A stretch of DNA of 64,000 nucleotides, taken from contig JBDHJS010000025.1 in the NCBI GenBank assembly GCA_039586795.1, forward strand, positions 1 to 64,000, read 5' to 3'. Below the pieces are notes generated by a model, which was given only the letters and a program-made list of their open reading frames with translations, was not told where the DNA came from and did no database searches. This stretch comes from Gemmatimonadota bacterium. Lineage in GTDB: Bacteria > Gemmatimonadota > Gemmatimonadetes > Palauibacterales > KS3-K002. Positions 47,465 through 56,906 of this stretch are shown here, piece after piece. The stretch's first letter is position 1, and every line of letters begins with the position of its first letter. The position numbers and the translations under genes were made by a program.

Positions 47465-48655
47465 CTATGGTGGTGTCAGCGGTAGCTTTCGCGTGTCCGC
47501 GACGGCGGTCCGCTTTGGCAACGAAGGCGCGATGCGCTGGAGGACCTTCTCCGCGGTGGCTCTGTAGGCGGTAAGCTTGCCGCCGTAGATGCTCAGCACA
47601 CGCGGCGGCTCGCGACGGTCGGTCGGTTCGGCACGAAGTATGACCTCGCGGGTGCGGTGGAATGCGTGACCTTTCCCGGTGGGCAGAACACGCAACCCGG
47701 CGAACGCATCGATGACGGCCCCTTCACGGTCAGCCTGGTAGCGCGGGAAGTAACGGTTGAGGATGCGGATCAGGTAATTCTTCTCGGACCGCAGCGCGTG
47801 CACCCGATCGGGGTCGCCGCGGAACCGCGTCTCGGTGGTCCCTACCAACGTCTCGCCGTGCCAGGGCATGACGAATATGGCGCGACCGTCTCGCGGACAC
47901 TCGACGTAGTAGATGCCGCGATCGACCTGTCCACGTACGACGATGTGACTTCCCTGGATGAGCTCGATACCCAGCTGCTTGATGCTGGGTTCGATGCGAT
48001 CGAGCACACGGTTCACCCAGGGCCCGGCGGCATTGACCATCACGCGAGCCTGGCAGGCCTTTTCGGTCCCGTTCTCCGCGTAGCGAACGATGCAGCCGTC
48101 ATCCGTGAGTGCGGCACCGATGAACTCGGCTGGCATCGCCAGCTCGGCTCCCAGGCGGATTGCCGATTCCATGACTGCACGCGTGAGGAGCGTATCCTCG
48201 GTCTGCGCGTCGTAGTACCGGTATACCGCCTTGAGGTCGTCGGTGAGCAACCCGTCGAGATCGCCCCAGGTCGAGCGCGGCACTCGTCTGAAGCGCACTT
48301 GCTTACGCAGGCGACCCAGAATCGCGTACAGCGAGAGACCGGCGCGAATCAGCAATGGGCCGCGGCGCGTGGCGTCGTAGATCGGGATGAAGAACGGCCT
48401 AAGCGTAACCAGGTCGGGCGCCAGTTCGAGGAGTAGCGCCCGCTCGTCCAGACCCTCCTGAACGAGGGAGAACTCATAGCTCTCCAGGTAGCGGAGACCG
48501 CCGTGGATCAGCTTGCTCGATTTGCTGGACGTGCCCGCGGCCAGTGCGGATTTCTCGATGAGCAGAACGGAGTGGCCGGCGGCGGCAGCGGCCTGGGCGA
48601 CGCCGACGCCGTTGATGCCGCCCCCCACGACGACGACGTCGTGGGACTCAGTCAT
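47465..48655 (-). CDS. glpD: Glycerol-3-phosphate dehydrogenase-like FAD oxidoreductase (short form)
   Basis: VVGGGINGVG, GTSSKSSKLIHGGLRYLE, NAAGPW, GTTE, GLRVLP, GGKLTAYR. Confidence 0.82.
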   Translation of the reverse strand: MTESHDVVVVGGGINGVGVAQAAAAAGHSVLLIEKSALAAGTSSKSSKLIHGGLRYLESYEFSLVQEGLDERALLLELAPDLVTLRPFFIPIYDATRRGPLLIRAGLSLYAILGRLRKQVRFRRVPRSTWGDLDGLLTDDLKAVYRYYDAQTEDTLLTRAVMESAIRLGAELAMPAEFIGAALTDDGCIVRYAENGTEKACQARVMVNAAGPWVNRVLDRIEPSIKQLGIELIQGSHIVVRGQVDRGIYYVECPRDGRAIFVMPWHGETLVGTTETRFRGDPDRVHALRSEKNYLIRILNRYFPRYQADREGAVIDAFAGLRVLPTGKGHAFHRTREVILRAEPTDRREPPRVLSIYGGKLTAYRATAEKVLQRIAPSLPKRTAVADTRKLPLTPP

Positions 48656-49436
48656 CGCGCCGGCGGCCGGGCACGAGCCGCCTGTCGCTCAACATCTCGC
48701 CGATGGCCATCGTCTCCACGAACCTGACGCCGTGAGCCGCCAGGGCGAGTGCGAGCTCGGGGTCGATGATCTCGTAAAGAGCCCAGCGCCAGGCGCCGCT
48801 CCACAGTTCCTGGTCGTCGGGCACGAGCATGTAGTTGCAGAACAGATACTCGGGCGCGATCGCCTCCGCCGTCTGCTTGACGGTCTCGTTCCATTCCTGA
48901 AGCACCCAGCCGATCGCACTGGCGCCTTTCGCCCGGGCGCGCTTGATCGTCTCGGGGTCGAAGGAGATGACGACGCAGCGATCGTTGGCTGGCTTGAGCG
49001 CCGCCATCACTTTGTCGACGACGAGGTCGACGCCGAAGCGGTGCACACTCTCGACCTTTAGCTCGACGAAGGCGACGATCTTTTCGTTCTCCACGATGAA
49101 CTCGACGGCGTCCTCGAGGGTCGGGACGGACGTGCCCTCGAACCGTCCGTGGTGTCGCGAGTCGTCGTTCACCTCGACCTGCCACAGCTGATCGAGCGTC
49201 ATGTCCATTATGACGCGCTCATCCTTTCCCGTACGCCAGAGATCGGAATCGTGGAGCAGCACCGGCGTATGATCGGCGGTCATCTGAACATCGAACTCGA
49301 CGTAGCCGGCGCCGGCTTTGACGGCGGCGCGGAGGCTTTCGAGGGTGTTTTCGGGGTAGCGGAGCGCGTAGCCGCGGTGCGCGATGAGGGCGGGAGGGCG
49401 GACCCTGACATTGGGTGGCATGATGATCTTCTTCAT
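48648..49436 (-). CDS. Glycerophosphodiester phosphodiesterase
   Basis: IAHRG, PENT, VEFDVQ, LLHD, VPTL, VELK, ISFD. Confidence 0.92.
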   Translation of the reverse strand: MKKIIMPPNVRVRPPALIAHRGYALRYPENTLESLRAAVKAGAGYVEFDVQMTADHTPVLLHDSDLWRTGKDERVIMDMTLDQLWQVEVNDDSRHHGRFEGTSVPTLEDAVEFIVENEKIVAFVELKVESVHRFGVDLVVDKVMAALKPANDRCVVISFDPETIKRARAKGASAIGWVLQEWNETVKQTAEAIAPEYLFCNYMLVPDDQELWSGAWRWALYEIIDPELALALAAHGVRFVETMAIGEMLSDRRLVPGRRRDD

Positions 49437-49526
49437 GGGGGTAATTTGTGGGGTTGGGGATGGGGGCGATAGGGGCTTTGATGATGATTGGTTGATAGCT
49501 GGGGGTGATGTTGTTGCTGGAAATGT

Positions 49527-49552
49527 TCAACACCTAATCCTCAATGCTCAAT
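49527..49552. repeat. Left heptamer repeat arm of the four-helix-bundle element
   Basis: TCAACAC CTAATCC TCAATGC TCAAT; 49529-49545 is the exact reverse complement of 49954-49970. Confidence 0.85.
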
Positions 49553-49558
49553 GGTCAT

Positions 49559-49951
49559 GTGAAGAAGGAACGTGAGTACGATCTTGAGGAGCGGTTGATC
49601 AGCTTTGCTGTCATGATTAGCGAGATTGCTGATCGGTTGCCCAGGACTCGTTTGGGGCGCCATGTATATGGGCAGTTGGTGCGATGCGGTACATCCGTTG
49701 CGCCGAACTACGCTGAAGCACAGAACGCTGAGTCGAGGAGAGACTTCATTCATAAGATGAAGATCTGCCTGAAGGAACTCGGAGAGACGGTTGTGTGGTT
49801 GAAGCTCAGTCTTAGGACTGGGAGCGGTAGAAGGGCTGGAGCGGAAGCCGGGCTCCGCGAAGCCACCGAGCTAACAAGGATCTTCGCCACAAGCATCCAG
49901 ACCGCCAAACGGAACTCTAGCGCGAGGCGACCCCCCCAATCCCCACCGTGA
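49559..49951 (+). CDS. Four-helix-bundle protein (TIGR02436 / 23S rRNA IVP / Avd-like)
   Basis: DLEERLISFA, QLVRCGTSVAPNYAEAQNAESRRDFIHKMKICLKEL.ET..WL, EATELTRIF..SIQTAK. Confidence 0.93.
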   Translation: MKKEREYDLEERLISFAVMISEIADRLPRTRLGRHVYGQLVRCGTSVAPNYAEAQNAESRRDFIHKMKICLKELGETVVWLKLSLRTGSGRRAGAEAGLREATELTRIFATSIQTAKRNSSARRPPQSPP

Positions 49952-49953
49952 AG

Positions 49954-49983
49954 ATTGAGGATTAGGTGTTAGGTGTTGAGGAT
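49954..49983. repeat. Right heptamer repeat arm of the four-helix-bundle element
   Basis: ATTGAGG ATTAGGT GTTAGGT GTTGAGG immediately after the stop codon. Confidence 0.85.
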
Positions 49984-50010
49984 TTTCGCTGGTGTGAAGA
50001 CCTAGAGCGA

Positions 50011-50043
50011 CAAACTGAAACGGGCCGCAAAAGCGCGGCCCGT
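50011..50043 (-). terminator. Rho-independent terminator of the M16 peptidase gene
   Basis: 9 bp GC-rich stem ACGGGCCGC/GCGGCCCGT followed on the minus strand by TTCAGTTTG. Confidence 0.65.
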
Positions 50044-50064
50044 CTCACGTCAATATCGAGAAAC

Positions 50065-52914
50065 CTACTCACCACCACCCTCCGCCTGCTCTTCCGGATA
50101 CAACGAAACCCGCACATAATTCTCAACATTCAAATACAACCGGGCCGCTTCCCGCACGTCCTCCGCCGTCAACGCATCGATATACTCCAAATACGTCGGG
50201 ATGTCTCGCATGTCTCCGCCCGACGCAACCCGGGCGTTCATCTGGCCGATCCAGTATCCGTTGTTTCGCAGGTTCGTCTCGTTAGAGCGTCGCTGCTGTT
50301 CCTTCACCTTGTCGATGTCTTCTTGGCTCGGTCCGTCCGTCTTCAGGCGCTCGATCACGGCGAACACGGAGTCGACCATCTCTTCCAGTCGATCCGGTGA
50401 CGTGCCGAAGCTGATCGTGTACGAGTATTCCTCGCGGGGGTTCTTGCTCGAGGCGCCGCTGACGCCGACCCCGTAGGTGCCGCCCATGTCTTCGCGCAGC
50501 ACCTCGCGCAGCTGGATCCGCATGACGCTGGCAAGTGACGCCAGGTGGTGGCGGTTGGTGCGGTTCCACTCGAACGGGCCGGTGAAGACGATGCGCGTCT
50601 GCGCTTTCGGTTCGATGCCGCGGTAGACCGTCTTCTCGATCACGCCGGTGGGCGGCGTGATACCGACATCGCGCCAGGCCTCGTCGCGACGCGTGGAGGG
50701 GAGGCTGGCCAGATAGGTCTCGACCAGCGGCTTCAGTTCGTCGGGGTCGAAGTTGCCGACGAACATGAAAGTGAAGTCGCTGGCATCGGCGAAGCGATCA
50801 GTGAAGAAGTCGTACGAGATGTCCAGGTTCGTCTCGGTCTCGTAGCGTCCGGCGCTGGGCGGCCGGGCGCGCGGATGGCCTTGGGACATGGTGACGGTAA
50901 TCGTATCGAAGAACGCCGTGTTCGGATCGGCCTGGCGGTTTGCTAGGAAGCCGGCCATGCGGGTCTTCCAGGACTGGAAGGCCTCTTCATCCCTGCGCGG
51001 TTGGGTGAAGAACAGGTAGACGAGCTGGAACAGGGTCTCCACGTCCTGCGGCGATGCGCTGCCGGAGAAACCCTCGGACAGGCCGCCGATGAACGGGGAC
51101 ACGCTGACAGCTTTGCCGGCCAGTGCCTTCTGGAGATCGACGAAGTTGAACTCGCCAGCTCCGCTCTGGCCGACTATGGCCGAGGCGGTGGCCGCGGCCA
51201 GGTAGTCCTCATCGGACGCCAGCGACGTGCCGCCTGGACTGTAGGCGCGCATCAGGATCTCGTCGTCCTTGAAGTCGGTCGGCTTGAGCAGCACGTCGAC
51301 TCCGTTTGACAGCGCCCAGCGAGTGATCCCGACCTCGGGCATCTCTCTCGTCATCCTGACCGACCCGGCCACCGGCATCACGGCGACGAGCGGCGCGTCG
51401 GCGACCGCGTCCTCGTAAGCGTCGACCTCGGCGGCCGCGGCCGCGGCCATCACCACCCCCAGCTCATCATCGGTCGGGATCTTCACGCCTTCCTTCTCCG
51501 GGCCGTTCACCATGACGACGCGGTTGCCGTCGACGATCCATTCGCTGGCCAGGCGGTTCACCTCTTCCAGCTCGATCCCCGGGACGAATCTCTGGTAGAG
51601 CCCGAACTCGTAGTCGATGCCGGGGATCGGCTCGTCGTACAGATAGGCCCGGAGGTATTCGGCCGCGTAGGCGCTGGAGTTTGTCTTCTCGCGCTCCGCG
51701 TGGGCCTGTTCCATGCTGCGCAACATCTCGGATTTCGCCCGCGCCAGCTCGGTTCCAGTGAACCCGTGCTGCGCGACTCGCGCGCCTTCGATGAGCAGCG
51801 CTTCCAGGCCGCGCTCGATCCCGTTCTCCGGGACGGCGGCCACCATCAGATAGACTTCGCTGCTACCGATGAAGCGTCCCTGGCCCGTGAAGGCGAACAT
51901 GAACGGTGGGTCGGCTTCCCGGGTCTTCTCCATCAACCGGGTGTTGAGCATCTGGCTGAACAGCGACTCGACGAGGGACTGGCGGTAGGAACTAACGTCG
52001 CTGGCCTCTCGCGCCGGCTGCTTCCAGTAAATGCTGACTGTGTTGTTGGGCGCCTCGGGATCGCTGGCGATGGCGTAGAGGGTCTCCTCGTGGTCGGGCA
52101 CGGCGAAGACCGTTCGCTCACGAGGGTTGTCGGCCATCTCGAGGCCGGAGAAGTGTTGTTTGATCAGCTCCTCTATCACCGCCGCATCGAAATCGCCTAC
52201 GGCGATGACGGCCATCAGGTCGGGTCGGTACCAATCTGTGTAGAAATCGATCAGCGTCTGGTACTCGAAGCTCTCGAGGATCTCGGGCTTGCCGATGGGC
52301 AGACGCTCTGCGTAGCGAGAGTCCTTGAACAGAATCGGCAGCTGCTTTTCCTGCATGCGCATCATCGCGCCTTGCCCAAGCCGCCATTCTTCGATGATGA
52401 CGCCGCGCTCCTTGTCGATCTCCTCGTGATCGAAAATCTGACCGTGGGCCCAGTCCTCCAGAACCAGAAACGCGGTTTCAACCAGCTCCGCGCTGTCGGT
52501 GGGCACCTGCAGCATGTACACCGTCTCATCGAAGCTGGTATAGGCGTTGATCTCCGGCCCGAACTGCATGCCGATGCCCTCGAGATAGTCCACCAGCTCC
52601 TGCTTCTCGAAATGCTCCGTGCCATTGAACGCCATATGCTCGACGAAGTGGGCCAGCCCCTGCTGGTCGTCGTTCTCGAGCACCGAGCCGGCGTTGAGCA
52701 CCAGGCGCAGTTGCGCCCGGTCGCGTGGCTCGCTGTTCTCGCGGATGTAGTAGCGGATTCCATTCGGCAGTGTGCCGGTGATGACCGCCGGATCGACTGG
52801 CAGCCGCTGGTCCAGCCCGGCCTGGGCGGCTGCCGGATCCTGGGCAGAGGCCGGTCGCAGGCTCAACAAGACTGCGGCCGCGGCCAGCACGGAAGGGAAC
52901 AGTCGGCGTCTCAT
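50065..52914 (-). CDS. pqqL: M16-family zinc metallopeptidase (PqqL-like), secreted
   Basis: GLAHFVEHMAFNGT (HxxEH), NAYTSFDETVY, RLPIG, WYRPD; signal peptide. Confidence 0.92.
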   Translation of the reverse strand: MRRRLFPSVLAAAAVLLSLRPASAQDPAAAQAGLDQRLPVDPAVITGTLPNGIRYYIRENSEPRDRAQLRLVLNAGSVLENDDQQGLAHFVEHMAFNGTEHFEKQELVDYLEGIGMQFGPEINAYTSFDETVYMLQVPTDSAELVETAFLVLEDWAHGQIFDHEEIDKERGVIIEEWRLGQGAMMRMQEKQLPILFKDSRYAERLPIGKPEILESFEYQTLIDFYTDWYRPDLMAVIAVGDFDAAVIEELIKQHFSGLEMADNPRERTVFAVPDHEETLYAIASDPEAPNNTVSIYWKQPAREASDVSSYRQSLVESLFSQMLNTRLMEKTREADPPFMFAFTGQGRFIGSSEVYLMVAAVPENGIERGLEALLIEGARVAQHGFTGTELARAKSEMLRSMEQAHAEREKTNSSAYAAEYLRAYLYDEPIPGIDYEFGLYQRFVPGIELEEVNRLASEWIVDGNRVVMVNGPEKEGVKIPTDDELGVVMAAAAAAEVDAYEDAVADAPLVAVMPVAGSVRMTREMPEVGITRWALSNGVDVLLKPTDFKDDEILMRAYSPGGTSLASDEDYLAAATASAIVGQSGAGEFNFVDLQKALAGKAVSVSPFIGGLSEGFSGSASPQDVETLFQLVYLFFTQPRRDEEAFQSWKTRMAGFLANRQADPNTAFFDTITVTMSQGHPRARPPSAGRYETETNLDISYDFFTDRFADASDFTFMFVGNFDPDELKPLVETYLASLPSTRRDEAWRDVGITPPTGVIEKTVYRGIEPKAQTRIVFTGPFEWNRTNRHHLASLASVMRIQLREVLREDMGGTYGVGVSGASSKNPREEYSYTISFGTSPDRLEEMVDSVFAVIERLKTDGPSQEDIDKVKEQQRRSNETNLRNNGYWIGQMNARVASGGDMRDIPTYLEYIDALTAEDVREAARLYLNVENYVRVSLYPEEQAEGGGE

Positions 52915-53019
52915 GAGCATCACTCCTGGTAACGGGACGGTTGGGTCCCGGGAGATGTAGAGGGGCTTACAAGCTCAATAATATGCCGACGGCGACTCAG
53001 GCGGGCCAGAGGGTCAAGC

Positions 53020-53048
53020 TTGAGTTGGGTTCTCCGTTCGGTCATATT
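53020..53048 (+). promoter_or_regulatory. Putative sigma-70 promoter for alaS
   Basis: TTGAGT-17 bp-CATATT. Confidence 0.35.
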
Positions 53049-53104
53049 CCAGTTGATTCAAGGACTTTCGGGAATGAGGCTCACACCTCAGTACGGTTCA
53101 GGCG

Positions 53105-55744
53105 ATGACATCTGAAGAGATCAGACAAGCTTTCATAGACTATTTCGTGCGTAACGGACACACGCATGTCCCTTCATCTTCTTTGGTGCCGGCGGACGAC
53201 CCCACGCTCCTGTTCACGAACGCCGGGATGAACCAGTTCAAGAAGACGTTCCTGGGACAGGAGCCGCGGCCGTACAAGCGGGCGACGACGGCGCAGAAGT
53301 GCGTTCGCGCGGGCGGCAAGCACAACGACCTGGAAGAAGTGGGTCGAACGGCTCGGCACCACACGTTCTTCGAGATGCTGGGCAACTTCTCGTTCGGCGA
53401 CTACTTCAAGCGCGAAGCGATTCACTTTGGCTACCAGTTCTTCACCGAGGACCTGGGGTTCGATCCGGAGCGCATCTGGGCGACGATCCACCACAGCGAT
53501 GACGAGGCGTTCGAGCTGTGGCAGGAGGTGACCGGTCTGCCGGCGGGGCGGATTCTCCGTTTCGGCGACAAGGACAACTTCTGGCAGATGGCGGACACCG
53601 GTCCTTGCGGTCCGTGCTCCGAGTTGCACCTCGACCAGCGACCCAAGGGCTCCAAGCAGGACCTGAGCGTGGAGGAGTTCGCCGAGCTGACCGAGGCGGG
53701 CCAGATCCTCGAGTTGTGGAACCTGGTCTTCATGCAGTTCGATCGGGACGAAGAAGGCAATCTGAACCCGCTGCCCAAGCCGTCCATAGACACGGGCGCC
53801 GGACTCGAGCGCATCGCCGCCGCCGTGCAGGGCGTCGATTCGAACTATCACACCGATCTGTTCATGCCGCTCATCCATCGGGCGGAAGAGCTGGTAGAGA
53901 AGAAGTACGAGGCCGAGACGGAGAGCGGCACGTCGTACCGTGTGATTGCCGACCACGCCCGGGCGACGGCCTTTCTGATCGCCGATGGCGTCTTCCCGAC
54001 CAACGAGGGGCGAGGCTACGTGCTGCGGCGGATCATGCGCCGTGCCGGCCGACACGCCTGGCTGCTGGGACGCCGGGAACCGACGCTGTATGAGATCTGC
54101 GATGAAGTCATCACGACGATGGGCGGGGCCTACCACGAGCTCGTGGATCGTCGCGATCACATCTTGCGGACCGCTCGGGCTGAGGAAGAGCGGTTCATGG
54201 CGACGATCGACGAGGGGATGCAGCGGTTCGACGAGCTGGCGCCGGCGGGTGGGAGCGGCACGGTCTCCGGCGCCGAGGCCTTCAAGTTGTACGACACCTT
54301 CGGATTCCCCCTCGATCTCACGGAGTTGATGGCCCAAGAGCGTGGCTACGAGATCGACACGGAGGGCTTCGAGCGCGAGTTGGACGAACAGCGACAGCGG
54401 TCCCGGGATCAGCGCGACAAGCAGCGCCAGCGCGGCGACCTGGACGCGCGCGCCGCCAACATCCCTACGGAAGGCTGGACCCGTTACTCGGAGGACGAGC
54501 AGGAATGGGTGGGCTACGAAGAGCTCGTCGTCGATACCGAGGTGCTGGCGGCGGTGCGACAGAACGGGCGGATCGCCATCGAGTTGCGCGGCAACCCGTT
54601 CTATGCGGAGGCCGGCGGACAGGTGAGCGACGGCGGCTACGTCGAGGGCGACGGCTGGCGGATGGAGGTGGACGAGGTCGCCCGATTCGAGCACGGGATC
54701 GTGATCGCCGGACCGATCGAAGGCGAGTTCAAGCCGGGCAGCGTGCGGGCCATTGTCGACATCGTGCGTCGCAGCACGCAGCGCAACCATACTGCTACGC
54801 ACTTGCTACATGCGTCGTTGCGGACGGTGCTCGGCGAGCACGTGGCGCAGGCCGGATCGTTGGTCGCGCCTGACCGGTTACGCTTCGACTTCACTCACAC
54901 CGGTCCATTGACCGAGATCGAGATCGACGAGATCGAGCGACTGGTCAACGAACAGATCTGGGCCGACAAGGAAGTGACGAAGCAGTCCCTTCCTTATCGT
55001 GACGCGATCGAGCGCGGCGCGATGGCGCTGTTCGGTGAGAAGTACGGGGATACGGTTCGGGTGGTGGAGGTGCCGGGCTACAGCCTCGAGCTTTGCGGTG
55101 GCTGCCATGTCGACACGACCGGCGAGATCGGTTTGTTCAAGATCGTGTCGGAGACGGGTTCGGCGGCGGGTGTGCGACGGATCGAGGCGGTGACCAGCTC
55201 CCAGGCGTACGAGCTGGTGAAGAACCAGGAGCGGTTGCTCCAACAGCTGAGCGCCGCGCTCAAGGTGCCGGGCGAAAACCTGGTGAAGCGGGTCGAGACG
55301 TTGTTGACCGAGCAGCGCGATCTGAAAGCGCAGCTGCAGAACGCGCTCAGCGGCGCCGCACAGGACCAAGTCGCGGAGCTCATGGATGTGGCGGAAGAAG
55401 TGGACGGCGCTAAGGTCGCTTCCGGAATGATCGAGACCGCCGATTCGGAGTCGCTTAGAGCGTTCGGTGACCGGATGAGAGATCGACTGGGTAGCGGCGT
55501 GGGCGTGATCGTCGCCCGCGTCGGCGAGCGTCACGCGATGTTGGTCGTGGTGACGGATGACCTGATCGGGAAGGGCCTGCGGGCTGACGCTGTGGTGCGC
55601 GAAGTCGCGAAGCTTGCTGGCGGAAAGGGCGGCGGACGACCGCATATGGCGCAGGCGAGTGTCGGCGAGCCCGAGAAGGCGGAGAAGGCGCTGGCGAAGG
55701 TGACGGAGATCGTTCGCCCGATGATCGAGCGGGCGAAGGCATGA
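53105..55744 (+). CDS. alaS: Alanine-tRNA ligase
   Basis: LLFTNAGMNQFK, HHTFFEMLGNFSFGDYFK, DTGAGLER, NHTATHLLH, ELCGGCH, GKGGG. Confidence 0.99.
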   Translation: MTSEEIRQAFIDYFVRNGHTHVPSSSLVPADDPTLLFTNAGMNQFKKTFLGQEPRPYKRATTAQKCVRAGGKHNDLEEVGRTARHHTFFEMLGNFSFGDYFKREAIHFGYQFFTEDLGFDPERIWATIHHSDDEAFELWQEVTGLPAGRILRFGDKDNFWQMADTGPCGPCSELHLDQRPKGSKQDLSVEEFAELTEAGQILELWNLVFMQFDRDEEGNLNPLPKPSIDTGAGLERIAAAVQGVDSNYHTDLFMPLIHRAEELVEKKYEAETESGTSYRVIADHARATAFLIADGVFPTNEGRGYVLRRIMRRAGRHAWLLGRREPTLYEICDEVITTMGGAYHELVDRRDHILRTARAEEERFMATIDEGMQRFDELAPAGGSGTVSGAEAFKLYDTFGFPLDLTELMAQERGYEIDTEGFERELDEQRQRSRDQRDKQRQRGDLDARAANIPTEGWTRYSEDEQEWVGYEELVVDTEVLAAVRQNGRIAIELRGNPFYAEAGGQVSDGGYVEGDGWRMEVDEVARFEHGIVIAGPIEGEFKPGSVRAIVDIVRRSTQRNHTATHLLHASLRTVLGEHVAQAGSLVAPDRLRFDFTHTGPLTEIEIDEIERLVNEQIWADKEVTKQSLPYRDAIERGAMALFGEKYGDTVRVVEVPGYSLELCGGCHVDTTGEIGLFKIVSETGSAAGVRRIEAVTSSQAYELVKNQERLLQQLSAALKVPGENLVKRVETLLTEQRDLKAQLQNALSGAAQDQVAELMDVAEEVDGAKVASGMIETADSESLRAFGDRMRDRLGSGVGVIVARVGERHAMLVVVTDDLIGKGLRADAVVREVAKLAGGKGGGRPHMAQASVGEPEKAEKALAKVTEIVRPMIERAKA

Positions 55745-56070
55745 CGGGCGCCGATTGGCTGGAGCGGCGGCTGGCGGATACGCCGTCTCCGCTGCGGGAG
55801 GGACTGGAGGAAGCGATCGCCGGCCTCGATCCCGAGGCGGAGTTGAGCGAGGCGCTATTGGCCGCCGCGACCCATACGTTGCAGCGGATACGAGATCGCT
55901 TCGAATACCGGGACGCCGCATTCGATCTGCTGGTGGCGGACGGTCTGCTGACGCTGGCATGCGATGCCGCCGCGTTCAGTGATCCCGGTACGGTGGAAGA
56001 GCGCTGCAAGGCGATGGGCCCGAGCGGCGAACTGGGTCGGCTGGCGCAGACCTGGGCGGGGAGGGACTGA
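55741..56070 (+). CDS. Hypothetical protein
   Basis: ATGA coupling with alaS; R.AAFDLLVADGLLTLA segment. Confidence 0.72.
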   Translation: MTGADWLERRLADTPSPLREGLEEAIAGLDPEAELSEALLAAATHTLQRIRDRFEYRDAAFDLLVADGLLTLACDAAAFSDPGTVEERCKAMGPSGELGRLAQTWAGRD

Positions 56071-56120
56071 CGAACACCCAAAAGTCGGATCTGCACGAGC
56101 GAGGTGGGGACCTGCCAGCC

Positions 56121-56906
56121 ATGGCGGACCTTCACACCCACGTGATACCGGCGGTGGACGACGGCGCACCGGACCTGGAGAGCGCGGTCAGCACGCTGCG
56201 GACGATGTCCGAAAACGGCGTCACCGCAGTGGTGGCGACGCCTCATCTCAATGCCTCGAATCTGAACAGCAAACGGCGGGCACGGGCGGACAAGATATGG
56301 CCGGACCTGGTGTCGCAGGCGGCCCAGGAGGTTCCGGGTATCGAGCTTCACCGAGGCTACGAGATCCAGCTGGACACGCCAGAACTGGATTTGAGCGACC
56401 CCGGTCTACGTCTGGCGGGTACGCGGTTTGCCCTGGTCGAGTTCTTCTCGTTCACCGTCCCGGATCGCTCGGCCGAGGCGCTCGATCGCATAAATGGCAG
56501 CGGTTACGTGCCGATCATTGTGCACCCGGAGCGCTATTGGGGTTACGATGAAGAATTCTCGATCGTGCCCAAGTGGCGCGACGTTGGTGCGCTGCTGCAG
56601 GTGAACAGCGGGAGCTTGATGGGCGAGTATGGAGAGGGCGTTCGCAAGACGGCGCTGCACTTTCTGAAGCAGGGTATGGTCGACCTCATCGCTTCTGACA
56701 ACCATGCCCGACCCAACCGTTGCCCGTCGCTTCGTGACGCGTGGGATTTCTTGATCAAGCGACGCTCGGAAGAGCAGGCGCGCCTTCTGCTGTCCACCAA
56801 CCCGCACCGCATTCTGAATGATGAATCGCCGGTGCCCGTCGGACGTCTCGCGTTGCGACGGGGAATCATGACGGTGGTCACCGAGGCGATCAGAGGAGAA
56901 TTCTGA
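56121..56906 (+). CDS. CpsB/CapC-family PHP tyrosine-protein phosphatase
   Basis: DLHTHVIPAVDDGA, ATPH, HPERY, QVNSGSL, ASDNH. Confidence 0.92.
   Translation: MADLHTHVIPAVDDGAPDLESAVSTLRTMSENGVTAVVATPHLNASNLNSKRRARADKIWPDLVSQAAQEVPGIELHRGYEIQLDTPELDLSDPGLRLAGTRFALVEFFSFTVPDRSAEALDRINGSGYVPIIVHPERYWGYDEEFSIVPKWRDVGALLQVNSGSLMGEYGEGVRKTALHFLKQGMVDLIASDNHARPNRCPSLRDAWDFLIKRRSEEQARLLLSTNPHRILNDESPVPVGRLALRRGIMTVVTEAIRGEF

Noticed and set aside
49559..49951. Diversity-generating retroelement or 23S rRNA intervening sequence
   Set aside because: No reverse transcriptase, no template/variable repeat pair with adenine-specific differences, and no rRNA around the gene
53174..54802. Long antisense or alternate-frame ORFs (also 34157-35521, 35506-36567, 51700-52932, 43051-44193)
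   Set aside because: Shadow ORFs of well-supported genes in high-GC DNA; no recognisable motifs
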